A DNA stretch of 64,000 nucleotides, taken from sequence record SRR2962707_771; one strand, written 5' to 3'. Made by a program: the position numbers and the translations under genes. This document shows positions 36,214 to 48,222 of this stretch, one piece after another; position 1 is the first letter of the stretch, and each line of letters opens with the position of its first letter. Below the pieces are notes generated by a model. That model was given only the letters and a program-made list of their open reading frames with translations. It was not told the DNA's origin and searched no databases.

Positions 36214-36687
36214 ATGAAGTTTGACAAGATTGATTTGAGTATATTGAAGGAGATTCAGCAAGATTCTGGTCTTACTAATCAGGAGTTGGCGGATCGGGTG
36301 GGATTGTCTCCATCGCCTTGTTTGAGAAGAGTAAAAGCGTTAGAAGAAAGTGGCATCATAGATCGTAAGGTTACCTTATTAAAGCGCTCAAGTTTGGGGT
36401 TGAAGTTAACGGCTTTTTTGCAGATTAGCATGGATAGGCACACACCAGACCGCTTTGGCGTGTTTGAAGAGGAAGTGAATGGTTTTCCTGAAGTTCGAAA
36501 CTGTAACCTGGTAACGGGGCAAAATTGTGACTATTTACTAGAGGTGGTGGTGGAGGATATGGAGAAATACCATGACTTTTTGTTGGGTCAGTTAACGCGG
36601 ATTCCTGGGGTGACAGGAGTGCAGTCGAGTTTTCTATTGCGCAGTGTCAAAGACGGCACTTCTTTACCTTTAGATCATTTAATCTAG
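36214..36687 (+). CDS. Lrp/AsnC-family transcriptional regulator
   Basis: DKIDLSIL, ELADRVGLSPSPCLRRVK, VTGQNCDYLL; ATG at 36214 chosen as start. Confidence 0.93.
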   Translation: MKFDKIDLSILKEIQQDSGLTNQELADRVGLSPSPCLRRVKALEESGIIDRKVTLLKRSSLGLKLTAFLQISMDRHTPDRFGVFEEEVNGFPEVRNCNLVTGQNCDYLLEVVVEDMEKYHDFLLGQLTRIPGVTGVQSSFLLRSVKDGTSLPLDHLI

Positions 36688-36766
36688 TTTTCCTTAGTTT
36701 GTATGTTGAAAAGTACTTATAATGCACGCATATAAAGCATTATTTTACAAAGAGAGTATAGAGACA

Positions 36767-37381
36767 ATGGGTCAGTTAACGGTTAAACGTCGAGTGACAA
36801 TTCCTGTAAGAGCGGGCGACGTAATGGCTGATTTTATTTCTTTTAATGGAGATGAATCAGGTAAAGAGCACATTGGTATTTTCTGTGAGGGAAAAAACGC
36901 AAAGGCTCAAAACGAAGTGCCTTTGGTGCGATTGCATTCTGAATGTTTGACTGGGGATGTCTTTGGCTCTGGGCGTTGTGATTGTGGTGAGCAGCTTGAT
37001 GAGGCCATAGACCGTATTAATGAAGAAGGCGGTTACATTCTTTATTTGCGCCAAGAAGGACGCGGCATTGGTTTGTACGCTAAGTTAGACGCGTACGCCC
37101 TGCAAGATAAAGGCTATGACACCTACCAAGCGAATGAAATGCTGCATTTACCAGAAGACGGTCGTGACTTTGGCGTGGCCGCAGAGATGCTGAAGTCATT
37201 GGGTGTGACGAAAATTCGCTTGTTAACCAACAACCCTGATAAAGCAAAGCAGTTGAAGGAACATGGTATTGAGGTGGCGGAATTGGTGCCAACCAAAGTG
37301 CATGTCAACCAGCATAATCGCTCCTATCTACACACCAAAGCGGCTCGTAAGCAGCATACGCTTGTGTTTGACGATGAATAA
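36767..37381 (+). CDS. ribA: GTP cyclohydrolase II
   Basis: [36 protein letters not shown]. Confidence 0.95.
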   Translation: MGQLTVKRRVTIPVRAGDVMADFISFNGDESGKEHIGIFCEGKNAKAQNEVPLVRLHSECLTGDVFGSGRCDCGEQLDEAIDRINEEGGYILYLRQEGRGIGLYAKLDAYALQDKGYDTYQANEMLHLPEDGRDFGVAAEMLKSLGVTKIRLLTNNPDKAKQLKEHGIEVAELVPTKVHVNQHNRSYLHTKAARKQHTLVFDDE

Positions 37382-37422
37382 AGCGCGATGATGGCTGGTA
37401 CACCGGCCGAAGCGTGAGGTGT

Positions 37423-37457
37423 AAAAAAAAGGGCTTTTTTTCAAAAAGCCCTTTTTT
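37423..37457. terminator. Bidirectional terminator
   Basis: AAAAAAGGGCTTTTT/AAAAAGCCCTTTTTT between convergent genes. Confidence 0.8.
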
Positions 37458-37509
37458 GTGTCCGTCGTTTGAGCGTGCTTGGTCGTGTTTGCTGGCCAAG
37501 CGGGTGTTG

Positions 37510-38724
37510 CTATTTTTTTGCTCTGGTTTTAGACGGTGCTTTTTTCTTTCTTGGGCGATTGCTTGGTGAGCGTGCTTTGGTTTTCGCTTCCAGTCCTTCG
37601 ATGCGACCAAATTTAATGTTGGCTTGCATAAAACGCTGAATTTTTTCGATCATCGGCAAATCGTTGATGTCGATAAGTGAAATGCAGTCGCCAGGTTCGC
37701 CTTCGCGAGACGCTCGGCCTGCTCGGTGAACATAAGAGTCTGCTTTTCGCGGCAAGCGTAAGTTAATTACGGTATTTATTTCAGGAAGGTCGATGCCGCG
37801 AGACGCAACGTCGGTGGCTACCAACACTTGTAAGCGGCCACGAACCATTTGTTTCAAGTGTTCGCTGCGGTCGCCTTGTTTCATTTCGCCGTGTAGACCG
37901 TCACACATTAGGCCCATTTTACGAATGCGTTGCACCCAGACGTCAACGTGCTCGCGGTTGGAGACAAACACCACGGCTTGTTGCACTCGATCCAGCATTA
38001 ATAAGTGCTTCAGAATGGCTTCTTTGTGGTCTTCATCGTCCACTCGGTAGGCCACCTGGCGAATTTGGCTAGGCACGGAGCGTGAGGATTCGCCAAGACG
38101 AAGTTGTTGTGTTTCGTCGTTTAATAGGGCATTGGCAAATCGTCCCATTTTTTCGCCTTCCAGTGTGGCGGAGAACATCAATGTTTGATGTTCGTTGGGG
38201 ATTTGTTTGGCTAGGTGGTTGATGGCGCTTGAAAAGCCCATGTCCAGCATGCGGTCTGCTTCGTCAATGACAAAATAGGACACATCGCTTAAATCCAACC
38301 ATTGTTTTTCGTCTAGCTCCACCAAACGACCTGGGGTGGCAACCAAAATGTCGCAGTTTTCGCTTAATTGTTGCTGTTGCATGCCGTAAGGAATGCCACC
38401 AATGATCAGCTGAGACTCAATTCTGGTGTGTGCCGTTAGTTGCACAACGACATTGTATATTTGGCGTGCAAGCTCGCGGCTTGGCGCTAGGATCATCACT
38501 TTCGGTGCGGTAGTAGATTGCTCATCTCGGTCAAGGATGTGTTGAATCGCTGGGGCGCAAAAGGCAATTGTCTTGCCTGTGCCGGTTGGCGCTGTCGCCA
38601 GCAAGTCTGATCCGTCTAAAGCAATAGGGATGGCTTGTTCTTGTATTGGGGTGGGGGTATCAAACCCCATATCCATGATGGCTTGCTCTATTGTGACATC
38701 AAGATCTAGTTCAGCAAATGACAT
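37510..38724 (-). CDS. srmB: DEAD-box RNA helicase, SrmB-like
   Basis: Q motif PTPIQ, APTGTGKT, DEADRML, SAT, HRAGR; basic C-terminal tail. Confidence 0.75.
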   Translation of the reverse strand: MSFAELDLDVTIEQAIMDMGFDTPTPIQEQAIPIALDGSDLLATAPTGTGKTIAFCAPAIQHILDRDEQSTTAPKVMILAPSRELARQIYNVVVQLTAHTRIESQLIIGGIPYGMQQQQLSENCDILVATPGRLVELDEKQWLDLSDVSYFVIDEADRMLDMGFSSAINHLAKQIPNEHQTLMFSATLEGEKMGRFANALLNDETQQLRLGESSRSVPSQIRQVAYRVDDEDHKEAILKHLLMLDRVQQAVVFVSNREHVDVWVQRIRKMGLMCDGLHGEMKQGDRSEHLKQMVRGRLQVLVATDVASRGIDLPEINTVINLRLPRKADSYVHRAGRASREGEPGDCISLIDINDLPMIEKIQRFMQANIKFGRIEGLEAKTKARSPSNRPRKKKAPSKTRAKK

Positions 38725-38931
38725 GTAAACTCTCTGTTGCGAGGAAAAAGGAGCAGCAAGTGAATGTTTTCGTTCTCATTACCGGTAAAGTACTCGTGTA
38801 ATGGGCTGCATATCTTAAATAATACCTTGTTTTATAGGGTTTCGAAATCGAAACCTTATTTCATGGCGAGTTAAGTTAGACCCGTTAGGTGCTTTGCTCT
38901 AAAATGGCAAAACCATAGGAAGAAGATAATC

Positions 38932-39492
38932 ATGCATTTGTCAGATGAGCTGGTAACCACCCAAACCATTAAGTGGGTGAATGATTTTATTGTGGGCTTA
39001 AATGTTTGCCCTTTCGCGAAGCGTGAAATGGAGCGAGAAAGCGTTCGATTTGTCGTTGTGCGCTCTAAAAAGTCGCAAGTGGCGCTGGAAGAATTAATGT
39101 CTGAGGTGCATTGGTTGGATGAGCACCCAGAAACGGAAACCACGATTCTTGTGTTTCCGACCTTGTTTAGTGATTTTTATCGTTATTTAGATTTTGTGGA
39201 TCTAGCGGAAAATATCATGTTGGAACAAGAGTGTGAGGGCGTGTATCAATTGGCGACCTTTCATCCAAATTACTGTTTTTCTGGCACTGAGCCGGAAGAT
39301 GTTTCAAATTACACCAATCGCTCTCCTTATCCTATGTTGCATTTGTTGCGTGAGGCAAGTGTCGAAAAAGCCATTGAGTTTTATGGTGATACCGACGTCA
39401 TTCCAGAACGCAATATAGATGTGATGGAAGAGATGGGAAAAGAGAAATTGGAAAAAATATTATCCAATAGTATGCAGGTATCAGACGATTAG
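38932..39492 (+). CDS. DUF1415-family protein
   Basis: GLNVCPFA, QLATFHP, YTNRSPYPMLHLLRE, IPERN. Confidence 0.9.
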   Translation: MHLSDELVTTQTIKWVNDFIVGLNVCPFAKREMERESVRFVVVRSKKSQVALEELMSEVHWLDEHPETETTILVFPTLFSDFYRYLDFVDLAENIMLEQECEGVYQLATFHPNYCFSGTEPEDVSNYTNRSPYPMLHLLREASVEKAIEFYGDTDVIPERNIDVMEEMGKEKLEKILSNSMQVSDD

Positions 39493-39547
39493 TTTGGGCT
39501 TGATAATGATTGGCTATAATGCGTAAAAACTTAATGCCGGAGACTTC

Positions 39548-40381
39548 ATGGCTACACAAATTGGGCGCTTAAATACATTAAGAGTCGTAAAAGAAAAAGA
39601 GTTTGGTGTTTATCTAGACGCCGATGAATTGGGTGAGGTTTTATTGCCTAAACGATACGTTCCTAAAGACCTTCAAGTGGGTCAGGACGTAGAAGTGTTT
39701 GTTTATTTAGATTCAGATGACAAGCTGATCGCGACAACGGAGCTTCCAAAAGCACAAGTGGGCGAATTTGCTGCGTTAACGGCGATTGCCGTGAATCAGG
39801 TGGGTGCCTTTTTTGATTGGGGGTTGCCGAAAGATTTATTGGTGCCTTTTAGTCAGCAAAAGAATCGAGTGGAAGAGGGTGAAACGCATTTACTTTTCAT
39901 CTATCTAGATAATATTACCAACCGTATCGTGGCGACGACGCGAGTGGATGCTTTGCTGAATCGCGAAGAAGCACCGTATAAAGTCGGCGAAAAAGTGAAT
40001 ATTATCATTGGTGACAAAACCAATATCGGCTTTAAATGTGTGATTGATAATCGCTTTTGGGGTGTGTTGTTTTTCGAAGATGCCTTTAGACAGCTTCGTA
40101 AGGGCGAAAAAACCACCGGGTTTATCAAGCGAATTCGCGAAGATGGTAAAATCGATTTAAGTCTTCAAGAAGTTGGCTATAAGAAAGTACGAAATATTTT
40201 GGATGATATTTTGGACTATCTAGACGCGCACAACGGTGAGTCGCCATTAACCGATAAGGCGTCTCCAGAAGCCATTTATGCGGTCTTCAAGGTGAGCAAG
40301 GCGACCTATAAGAAAGCCTTGGGTGCCCTCTATAAAGACAAGAAAATCACGCTGACAAAAGAAAAAATCAGCAAGATCTAA
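39548..40381 (+). CDS. CvfB/YitL-family multi-S1 RNA-binding protein
   Basis: FGVYLD, GAFFDWGLPKDLLVP, DGKIDLSL, SKATYKKALGALYK. Confidence 0.92.
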   Translation: MATQIGRLNTLRVVKEKEFGVYLDADELGEVLLPKRYVPKDLQVGQDVEVFVYLDSDDKLIATTELPKAQVGEFAALTAIAVNQVGAFFDWGLPKDLLVPFSQQKNRVEEGETHLLFIYLDNITNRIVATTRVDALLNREEAPYKVGEKVNIIIGDKTNIGFKCVIDNRFWGVLFFEDAFRQLRKGEKTTGFIKRIREDGKIDLSLQEVGYKKVRNILDDILDYLDAHNGESPLTDKASPEAIYAVFKVSKATYKKALGALYKDKKITLTKEKISKI

Positions 40382-40453
40382 CGTCTTTCTGTATTTGATG
40401 TGCTGCTTATTGAGGGCGCATCAAATGCACGTCCAGCGTTTTTTAAAAAGCTA

Positions 40454-41398
40454 CTAAACGGTGTTTAGTAGCTTTTTTTTGATTTCTTCACGCTGTTCGG
40501 GTTGTGCGATGGCTTGGTAGAGAGCGGCTTGAATGGGCAAGGCGTTGTTGCTTTGTTCAACCAGATAACCAGAAATAAATTCGTTTTCAGTTTGTCTTTT
40601 TAATCGTAAGTCTTCGTGCATGGAGGAGCGATTTAAACGTGTCAGTTGGGCAACGGTCGAAATACGATTGATGAGATTGTCCGTGTTGAGGTGTTTGCTG
40701 TATTCAAGCAATGAAAAGTCAGATTGGGTGAAAAAAGCGGCCAGCTCAGCGGTGGCTGTTTTAAACAGAGTCTCGTAGTCGCTGTGCAAAATGTCGCCGT
40801 TTTGGATGCCGTAAATGGCGGTGATCGGATTGATAATGGCGTTTACTGCCAATTTCTCGATCAGTCTTTGGTGGATGTTGGCGACGGTTAGATCGGGGAT
40901 GGGAAATGTTTTGTCTGTGTCTTCAGGGCGCCATGGGCCAAAATAGGTGTCGCCAAGTCCTGTGTGTTTGACCTTGTTCGGTGCGATTTTTAAGGCGCCT
41001 TCGCTGGTTGTGCCAGCCCACAAAGTTTGTGTTGGCTTGATGCTCTGTTGCAAGCGGTCTTGAACCCCAAGGCCATTACAAAGGCAGGCGATGTCGGCGG
41101 TGTCGCTTATGTGTTGTGCGACCGACTGGTAAGCGTCTACTAGGTCGTAGGCTTTGGTGCAAAACAGCACTTTGTCGTAAGTGGTTTTTAGCTGGGAGGC
41201 CTTGAAGCGTTTGATTTTGTATTCGGACAATGTGGGGGCGTCTTCTGCGCCTGCCAGTGACTCATCTAGGGTGAGTGTATTGCTGGGATCTTCTTTTCGA
41301 TAAACTAAATGGACATTGAAGCCGAGCTTTTTAAGTTTGCAAGTCCAGAGCAGACCAATGGCGCCGGCACCGACAACAAGCCAAGGTGTGGTTTTCAT
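40454..41398 (-). CDS. panE: Ketopantoate reductase
   Basis: [38 protein letters not shown]; divergent from yajQ as in E. coli. Confidence 0.9.
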   Translation of the reverse strand: MKTTPWLVVGAGAIGLLWTCKLKKLGFNVHLVYRKEDPSNTLTLDESLAGAEDAPTLSEYKIKRFKASQLKTTYDKVLFCTKAYDLVDAYQSVAQHISDTADIACLCNGLGVQDRLQQSIKPTQTLWAGTTSEGALKIAPNKVKHTGLGDTYFGPWRPEDTDKTFPIPDLTVANIHQRLIEKLAVNAIINPITAIYGIQNGDILHSDYETLFKTATAELAAFFTQSDFSLLEYSKHLNTDNLINRISTVAQLTRLNRSSMHEDLRLKRQTENEFISGYLVEQSNNALPIQAALYQAIAQPEQREEIKKKLLNTV

Positions 41399-41483
41399 AG
41401 TAGGAGTTCCATTAGGTATTTTATTTCAATCCCTGTTATTATCGCGCCCAAATCAATCATTGAACATGCAAAGGAGCATAAAA

Positions 41484-41969
41484 ATGCCATCATTTGACGT
41501 TGTTTCCGAACTGGACTGGCACGAAGTGACCAATGCCGTTGACCAAGCAAACAGAGAAATTACCACACGGTATGATTTCAAAGGGGTAAAAGCAAGCTTT
41601 GAAGTGAAAGATAAATCCAGTGTTGTTATGCACGCAGAGGCGGAAGTTCAATTGCGTCAGCTTTCTGATATTTTGAACCAAAAGTTAGTGGCGCGCGGTA
41701 TTGATCTAAAGAGTATGGAGAAAGGCGATATTGTAAAAGGCAATATGAAAGTCGCTCAAGATGTGAAAATGAAAGAAGGTCTTGAGACCGACGAAGCAAA
41801 GCGCATTGTTAAAATGATCAAAGAAAGCAAAATCAAGGTTCAGGCGCAGATCCAAGGTGAGCAATTGCGTGTGACCGGTAAAAAGCGTGATGATCTACAG
41901 CAGGTTATGGCGTTGTTGCGTGGCGCAGATTTGAATCAGCCAGTGCAATTTACTAACTTTCGCGACTAG
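41484..41969 (+). CDS. yajQ: YajQ-family nucleotide/c-di-GMP-binding protein
   Basis: [33 protein letters not shown] after AAGGAG. Confidence 0.95.
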   Translation: MPSFDVVSELDWHEVTNAVDQANREITTRYDFKGVKASFEVKDKSSVVMHAEAEVQLRQLSDILNQKLVARGIDLKSMEKGDIVKGNMKVAQDVKMKEGLETDEAKRIVKMIKESKIKVQAQIQGEQLRVTGKKRDDLQQVMALLRGADLNQPVQFTNFRD

Positions 41970-41990
41970 TTCTTCGTCGCTTCTGGTACC

Positions 41991-42028
41991 AATGCCAAAC
42001 GGATGAGTTTGGCATTCTATTTCTCTTT
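41991..42028 (+). terminator. Terminator after yajQ
   Basis: AATGCCAAAC/GTTTGGCATT stem with a T-rich tail. Confidence 0.65.
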
Positions 42029-42069
42029 TTGGGTGTGGTGTTTTTCGCCTGTTCCTCTTGGTTTTTGTG

Positions 42070-42378
42070 TTAGTCTGTCTTCATGGCAAGTTTAGTGCCG
42101 ATAATTACCCAGCCTTCCTGCTCTAATTTCTCTTTTTGTCTTAAATAGCCTTCTGTGTTTTCAGGGAAGCTGATTCTTTTTTGAGCGTTAACCACGCGAT
42201 GCCATGGTAAGTTTGTGTCTTTAGGTAGGTTTTTCATTATGGCGCCCACCTGTCTGGCGTGATTTGGGAAACCGGCTAGCGCGGCTAATTCCCCATAAGC
42301 AATGCATTCCCCACGAGGGACGTTGTTTAAAATTAAAAAGACTTGTGATTTAAAGTTGTCTATTGCTTGATTAGTCAC
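42070..42378 (-). CDS. atl: Alkyltransferase-like (ATL/YbaZ) DNA base-flipping protein
   Basis: YGELA, ARQVG and PWHRV (Trp in place of the MGMT catalytic Cys). Confidence 0.88.
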   Translation of the reverse strand: MTNQAIDNFKSQVFLILNNVPRGECIAYGELAALAGFPNHARQVGAIMKNLPKDTNLPWHRVVNAQKRISFPENTEGYLRQKEKLEQEGWVIIGTKLAMKTD

Positions 42379-42426
42379 CGCTTCGCCCTCAGATACGTAA
42401 TTGAACTTAATATAAAGAAGGTAAAT

Positions 42427-42906
42427 ATGAGATTTGCGCTGTTACTTTTTATTCTAATTCCAGTCATTGAGTTAACACTCTTGATTAAGGTGGGGGGTAG
42501 CATTGGCGCCTTACCAACCATTGGGTTGGTTTTCCTGACCGCTATTCTAGGGGTGACCTTGATTCGTAAGCAAGGTTTAGAGACTTCTATGAAGGCGCAA
42601 GAAAAAATGCGCCGCGGCGAATTACCCGCTTCTGAAGTAGCAGAAGGCATTATGTTGCTTTTTGCTGGCTTGTGTCTTTTGATTCCTGGCTTTATGACTG
42701 ATGCGATTGGTGGGTTATTGTTGATTCCGCCAGTGCGTAAATTAGTGGCCGCAGGCTTAGTGGTGAATTTTATTGCTTCTATGATGAAGCGCGGTGGTCA
42801 ATGGGGAACTCAAGGCGGTCAATACTCCGAGAAAAGAGGGGATGTATTTGATGGTGAGTATTCCAGAGAATCGAAAGATGACCATGATTTAATTGATAAA
42901 AAATAA
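42427..42906 (+). CDS. fxsA: FxsA-family membrane protein
   Basis: PVIELTLLIKVG, LLIPGFMTD, GLLLIPPVR; upstream of groES. Confidence 0.92.
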   Translation: MRFALLLFILIPVIELTLLIKVGGSIGALPTIGLVFLTAILGVTLIRKQGLETSMKAQEKMRRGELPASEVAEGIMLLFAGLCLLIPGFMTDAIGGLLLIPPVRKLVAAGLVVNFIASMMKRGGQWGTQGGQYSEKRGDVFDGEYSRESKDDHDLIDKK

Positions 42907-42918
42907 TTACGGTTAAGG

Positions 42919-42946
42919 GTTGAAATGCTTTTTGTTAGCCGTATAT
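42919..42946 (+). promoter_or_regulatory. sigma32 heat-shock promoter of groESL
   Basis: GTTGAAA-N13-CCGTATAT versus the consensus CTTGAAA-N13/14-CCCCATNT. Confidence 0.75.
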
Positions 42947-43036
42947 AAGAGTTCGATATAGTTACTTGCCTTAGTAGGTGAGTGTAGTCCTGCCAGGGGA
43001 GTCCTGGTATTGTTTTTTAATTGGAGAGATTGATCA

Positions 43037-43327
43037 ATGAATATTCGTCCTTTGCACGATCGTGTCGTTGTTCGACGTAAAGAAGAAGAAACAACAACTG
43101 CATCTGGTATTGTTTTACCAGGATCTGCTACAGAAAAGCCTACTCAAGGCGAGGTTTTAGCTGTTGGCACTGGCCGTATTCAATCAAATGGCGATGTGCA
43201 AGCTTTGGCCGTTAAAGTGGGTGACACCGTGTTGTTTGGCCAGTACTCCGGTCAAACCGTTAAAATCGAAGGTGAAGAACTGCTTATCATGAAAGAAGAC
43301 GAAATTTACGGCGTTATTGAAGCCTAA
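43037..43327 (+). CDS. groES: Co-chaperonin GroES
   Basis: [21 protein letters not shown]. Confidence 0.98.
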   Translation: MNIRPLHDRVVVRRKEEETTTASGIVLPGSATEKPTQGEVLAVGTGRIQSNGDVQALAVKVGDTVLFGQYSGQTVKIEGEELLIMKEDEIYGVIEA

Positions 43328-43357
43328 TTCGTCCCACAGTTCTATTACGATTCATAA

Positions 43358-45031
<1,674 letters not shown>

Positions 45032-45058
45032 TCATCGCCTAAGTCATTGATACAAAAG

Positions 45059-45086
45059 AAGCCTCGCTCATGCGGGGCTTTTTTTT
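45059..45086 (+). terminator. groESL terminator
   Basis: AAGCCTCGC/GCGGGGCTT stem followed by a T-run. Confidence 0.85.
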
Positions 45087-45160
45087 GTGCTTTATTTTTT
45101 TGTTAATGAGAACTATTATCTTCTTTTGTTTTGTCTATTTTCTAAAAAAGGAAGAATTGA

Positions 45161-45883
45161 GTGCCTCACTTGTTGAATGGTGTGTTGTTGGATTTGATTG
45201 AGCATCAACGATTTGGGGTGGAGTATCAGCCTATTGTTAAGTTGAAAACAAATGAAGTGGTGGCTTACGAGGCGCTTTCTCGATTTTATGATGTGACGGG
45301 AAAGGCAATACGTCCAGATCTTGTTTATTCTTCTTTGCATGATAATCCATTGTCCTTGTATCAGGTGGAATACGCGCAAAAGTGTTTGCAGCTAGAGCAC
45401 ATGCCCAAAAATCATCAGGTGTTTGTTAATTTGGATCAAGATGCCTTTTATGCCTGTGGTGGTGAAGTGCTGGATAATCCAATTCTAGGGGCGATTCAGC
45501 AAGTCGGAAAAGGGCGGGTTGTGGTGGAGTTAATTGAGAACTCTGAGATTAACGATGCCTTGATGAGTTTGTCGATGATAGAGACCTTTAGTAATTTGGG
45601 GATAGGTACAGCATTAGACGATTTGTGTAACCCTAGATCCATGCTATCGGTTTCTGTTATGCAATTGGTGGAATGGATTAAACTTGATAAGCATGTGCTT
45701 AAAATGCAAGATGATAAACGCTATATGGTGTTTGTCTCTAAGATAATTGATTTTGCTCACGCCACGGGCAAAAGTGTGATTTTAGAAGGCGTGGAAACGG
45801 ACCAGGATTTGGCGTTTGCGACATTGATGGGTGTGGATTATGTACAAGGGTTTCTCTATCGAGAGGACTTTATTCGCATTTAA
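45161..45883 (+). CDS. Stand-alone EAL-domain protein
   Basis: YQPIV, YEALSR, VFVN, ALDD, IKLD, LEGVET, QGF. Confidence 0.88.
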   Translation: MPHLLNGVLLDLIEHQRFGVEYQPIVKLKTNEVVAYEALSRFYDVTGKAIRPDLVYSSLHDNPLSLYQVEYAQKCLQLEHMPKNHQVFVNLDQDAFYACGGEVLDNPILGAIQQVGKGRVVVELIENSEINDALMSLSMIETFSNLGIGTALDDLCNPRSMLSVSVMQLVEWIKLDKHVLKMQDDKRYMVFVSKIIDFAHATGKSVILEGVETDQDLAFATLMGVDYVQGFLYREDFIRI

Positions 45884-46029
45884 AGGGTAAAATTGTAGAC
45901 TATTTAGACGATTATTCGAATCTTATATTATAAGACAAACCATTGATTCTAAAGCTATTGATAAATAGCGAGTCGTGTAAGATACTTAGATTAGTATTTA
46001 TCGCCATTTTTGAACAAGAAGGGAATATT

Positions 46030-48222
46030 ATGCTCAGAAAAACCCTCATTAGTCTGGCCGTTACGGGGGCATTTTATGTGTCGAGCGGTTACGCATTGGA
46101 GCTGGGTGAATTAACTTCTCAATCAAATCTGGATGAGCCTTTTCGAGGGCAGATTGCGCTCTCTGATTATGGCGTTTTGACGCCTGAAGATATTTTGGTT
46201 CGCTTGGGCAGTGAAGGTGAGTTCCGTCAGGCCGGTTTTGCGCCAGCTGCCGATTTGTCATTGCTCAAATTCAATGTGCAACGAGCGAATAACGGCAAAG
46301 GTCTGGTCATTGCGGTGACGTCCGCACAGCCCATTAAAGAAAAAGAACTGCACTTCGTCTTGGCGGCTCGCTGGCCTAGCGGACAGGTGGTGCGTGAGTA
46401 TCAAGCGCCGCTCAATCAATCCGCTTTGGTTGATAAAGCCCAAAAAGAGTTAGTGCGTTCAGCTAAGCTTCCTTCTCAGCAAGCCTCTTCGAATACGGTC
46501 TTTCGTGATGCCGCCTCCAGCGCTGAGCAGATGCCATCACGGGGTAATATTTTTACCACGAGAGGCAATACCTTATGGTCGATTGCGGATAAAAATCAGC
46601 GTTCAAATAGCTTGAATATTTATCAAACCATGATGGCCATTCAAGCATTGAACAAAAATGCGTTCTACTCAGATAATATCAATTTGCTTAAAGAAGGGGT
46701 TGTTCTTCGCTTGCCGACGGAGCAGCAGATCGCTCTGTTTAATAAATCCCTTTCGCAAAAAGAATTTAATCGTCAGCATAGAGCATGGATGGCGCTGAAG
46801 GGTGTTGCGGCGAACAAATCAAAAATAGAACGCGCGCAAATGAACACGCAGGCGAAAGCCAAAGGCGCTTCTCAGTCACCGGTATCAGATTCCGATAAAT
46901 TGACCCTGTCATCTGGGCAAAGTCTATTGCCTGAAGGCAGTGCGAGTTCGAATGCGGGTAATGGTCAAAGTGTTGCGAATTTAAACACTAAGTTGTCCGC
47001 TGCTGAAGAAATGCTGGATAAAGAAAAACGTGAAAAAGAAGACCTCTCAAGTCAGCTTGGTGATCTTAATAAGCAATTAGAGACCTTGCAAAAACTGATT
47101 GCGTTGAAAGATAAGCAAATGGCAGAACTGGAGAAACAGTTTGCCAGTGCGCAGCAGTCGTTGCAGGAGCAAAAGAACACTGTTGATCAGCTGCTAGAAG
47201 CGGATCAAGCTCGCAGAGTCAAAGAGCAAGCGGAAGAAAATTCACTTAAAAACAAAATTTTTGGTAATCCGATTGTGGTGTCTATCGCCGCCGTTGTGTT
47301 GCTGTTATTTGGTTTCTTAGGGGGCTTGTTGATGCGCCGCCTAGGGAAAAAGAAAGACGAGGCTAAACCTGCTTCAGACGAATTTGACTTAGCAGCGCCT
47401 GCTGCGGTTGCCGCTGCCGCTGCTAGTGCGCCAGTGGTTGCTGCGAAAGCGGAAGAACAAGAGGAAATGCTAGAAGAAGATCCTTTCAATTTTGATCTAG
47501 ATGGATCGGATACGGAAGAAGCGTTACTGGACGATAGCGTTGAAGAGCAAGATCTGGACGATGAAATATTCGACTTCGCAGAAGATTTGTCTTTGCCGGA
47601 AGAAGAGCTTCCAGAAGAACGTCAAGAAGAGATTATCGACGATGACTTGGATGATCCATTTGCATCATTAGATGAGCAAATGGATGAGTTGGCGGAAGAC
47701 GATGATCTGGACAGTGGCTTTGGCGATCTAGAACCAGAATTAGAAGCCATTCCTGACGATGAAGTGCCGACGGTAGAACCTGAGCCTGAGTTGGCTGACG
47801 AAGAAGAAGGCGGCGAATTCAGCGAAGAAGAATCTTTTGTTTCTAGTTTGCTAAACGATGATGAACAAGACGCGGTTGATGAGTCTGCGTTGTTTGATAA
47901 AACGCCAGATGAGTCTTTGGCATCCAGTATTGAAGAAACCTTAGCCGAAGCCCAAGACGATTTGGCCGACATCGATGTGCCTTCATTCGGAGAGGCAGAA
48001 GCCGCCGAAGGCGCAGACGTTGATGATGAGGAAGAAGAGTTCGACTTTTTTGATGCCAGCGGCGACGAAATAGCGACCAAGTTGGATTTGGCGCGAGCTT
48101 ACATGGATATGGGCGACGATGAGGGTGCGCGTGTTATACTTGAGGATGTAGTATCCACGGGTAATGATAAACAAATTGCCGAAGCGAAAAGTATGATGGA
48201 GCGGATGTTCCCAAGTGACTAA
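46030..48222 (+). CDS. fimV: FimV/HubP-family polar landmark protein
   Basis: Signal peptide, LysM (GNTLWSIA), coiled coil, TM, acidic tract, C-terminal TKLDLARAYMDMGD. Confidence 0.93.
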   Translation: MLRKTLISLAVTGAFYVSSGYALELGELTSQSNLDEPFRGQIALSDYGVLTPEDILVRLGSEGEFRQAGFAPAADLSLLKFNVQRANNGKGLVIAVTSAQPIKEKELHFVLAARWPSGQVVREYQAPLNQSALVDKAQKELVRSAKLPSQQASSNTVFRDAASSAEQMPSRGNIFTTRGNTLWSIADKNQRSNSLNIYQTMMAIQALNKNAFYSDNINLLKEGVVLRLPTEQQIALFNKSLSQKEFNRQHRAWMALKGVAANKSKIERAQMNTQAKAKGASQSPVSDSDKLTLSSGQSLLPEGSASSNAGNGQSVANLNTKLSAAEEMLDKEKREKEDLSSQLGDLNKQLETLQKLIALKDKQMAELEKQFASAQQSLQEQKNTVDQLLEADQARRVKEQAEENSLKNKIFGNPIVVSIAAVVLLLFGFLGGLLMRRLGKKKDEAKPASDEFDLAAPAAVAAAAASAPVVAAKAEEQEEMLEEDPFNFDLDGSDTEEALLDDSVEEQDLDDEIFDFAEDLSLPEEELPEERQEEIIDDDLDDPFASLDEQMDELAEDDDLDSGFGDLEPELEAIPDDEVPTVEPEPELADEEEGGEFSEEESFVSSLLNDDEQDAVDESALFDKTPDESLASSIEETLAEAQDDLADIDVPSFGEAEAAEGADVDDEEEEFDFFDASGDEIATKLDLARAYMDMGDDEGARVILEDVVSTGNDKQIAEAKSMMERMFPSD

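Noticed and set aside
38838-38855. Inverted repeat GGTTTCGA-AA-TCGAAACC between the helicase and DUF1415 genes
   Set aside because: Single occurrence with no matching regulator or second copy, so no function can be assigned
41316-41483. N-terminal extension of YajQ overlapping panE in the ORF track
   Set aside because: The family start MPSFD at 41484 has a strong RBS; the extension is a longest-ORF artefact (likewise for fxsA, fimV, the Lrp gene and ribA)
42907-43036. CIRCE element upstream of groES
   Set aside because: TTAGCACTC-N9-GAGTGCTAA is absent, and a sigma32 promoter is present instead
47205-48080. Ser-rich minus-strand ORFs and low-complexity GAA/GAT DNA
   Set aside because: These are antisense shadows of the normal acidic region of FimV
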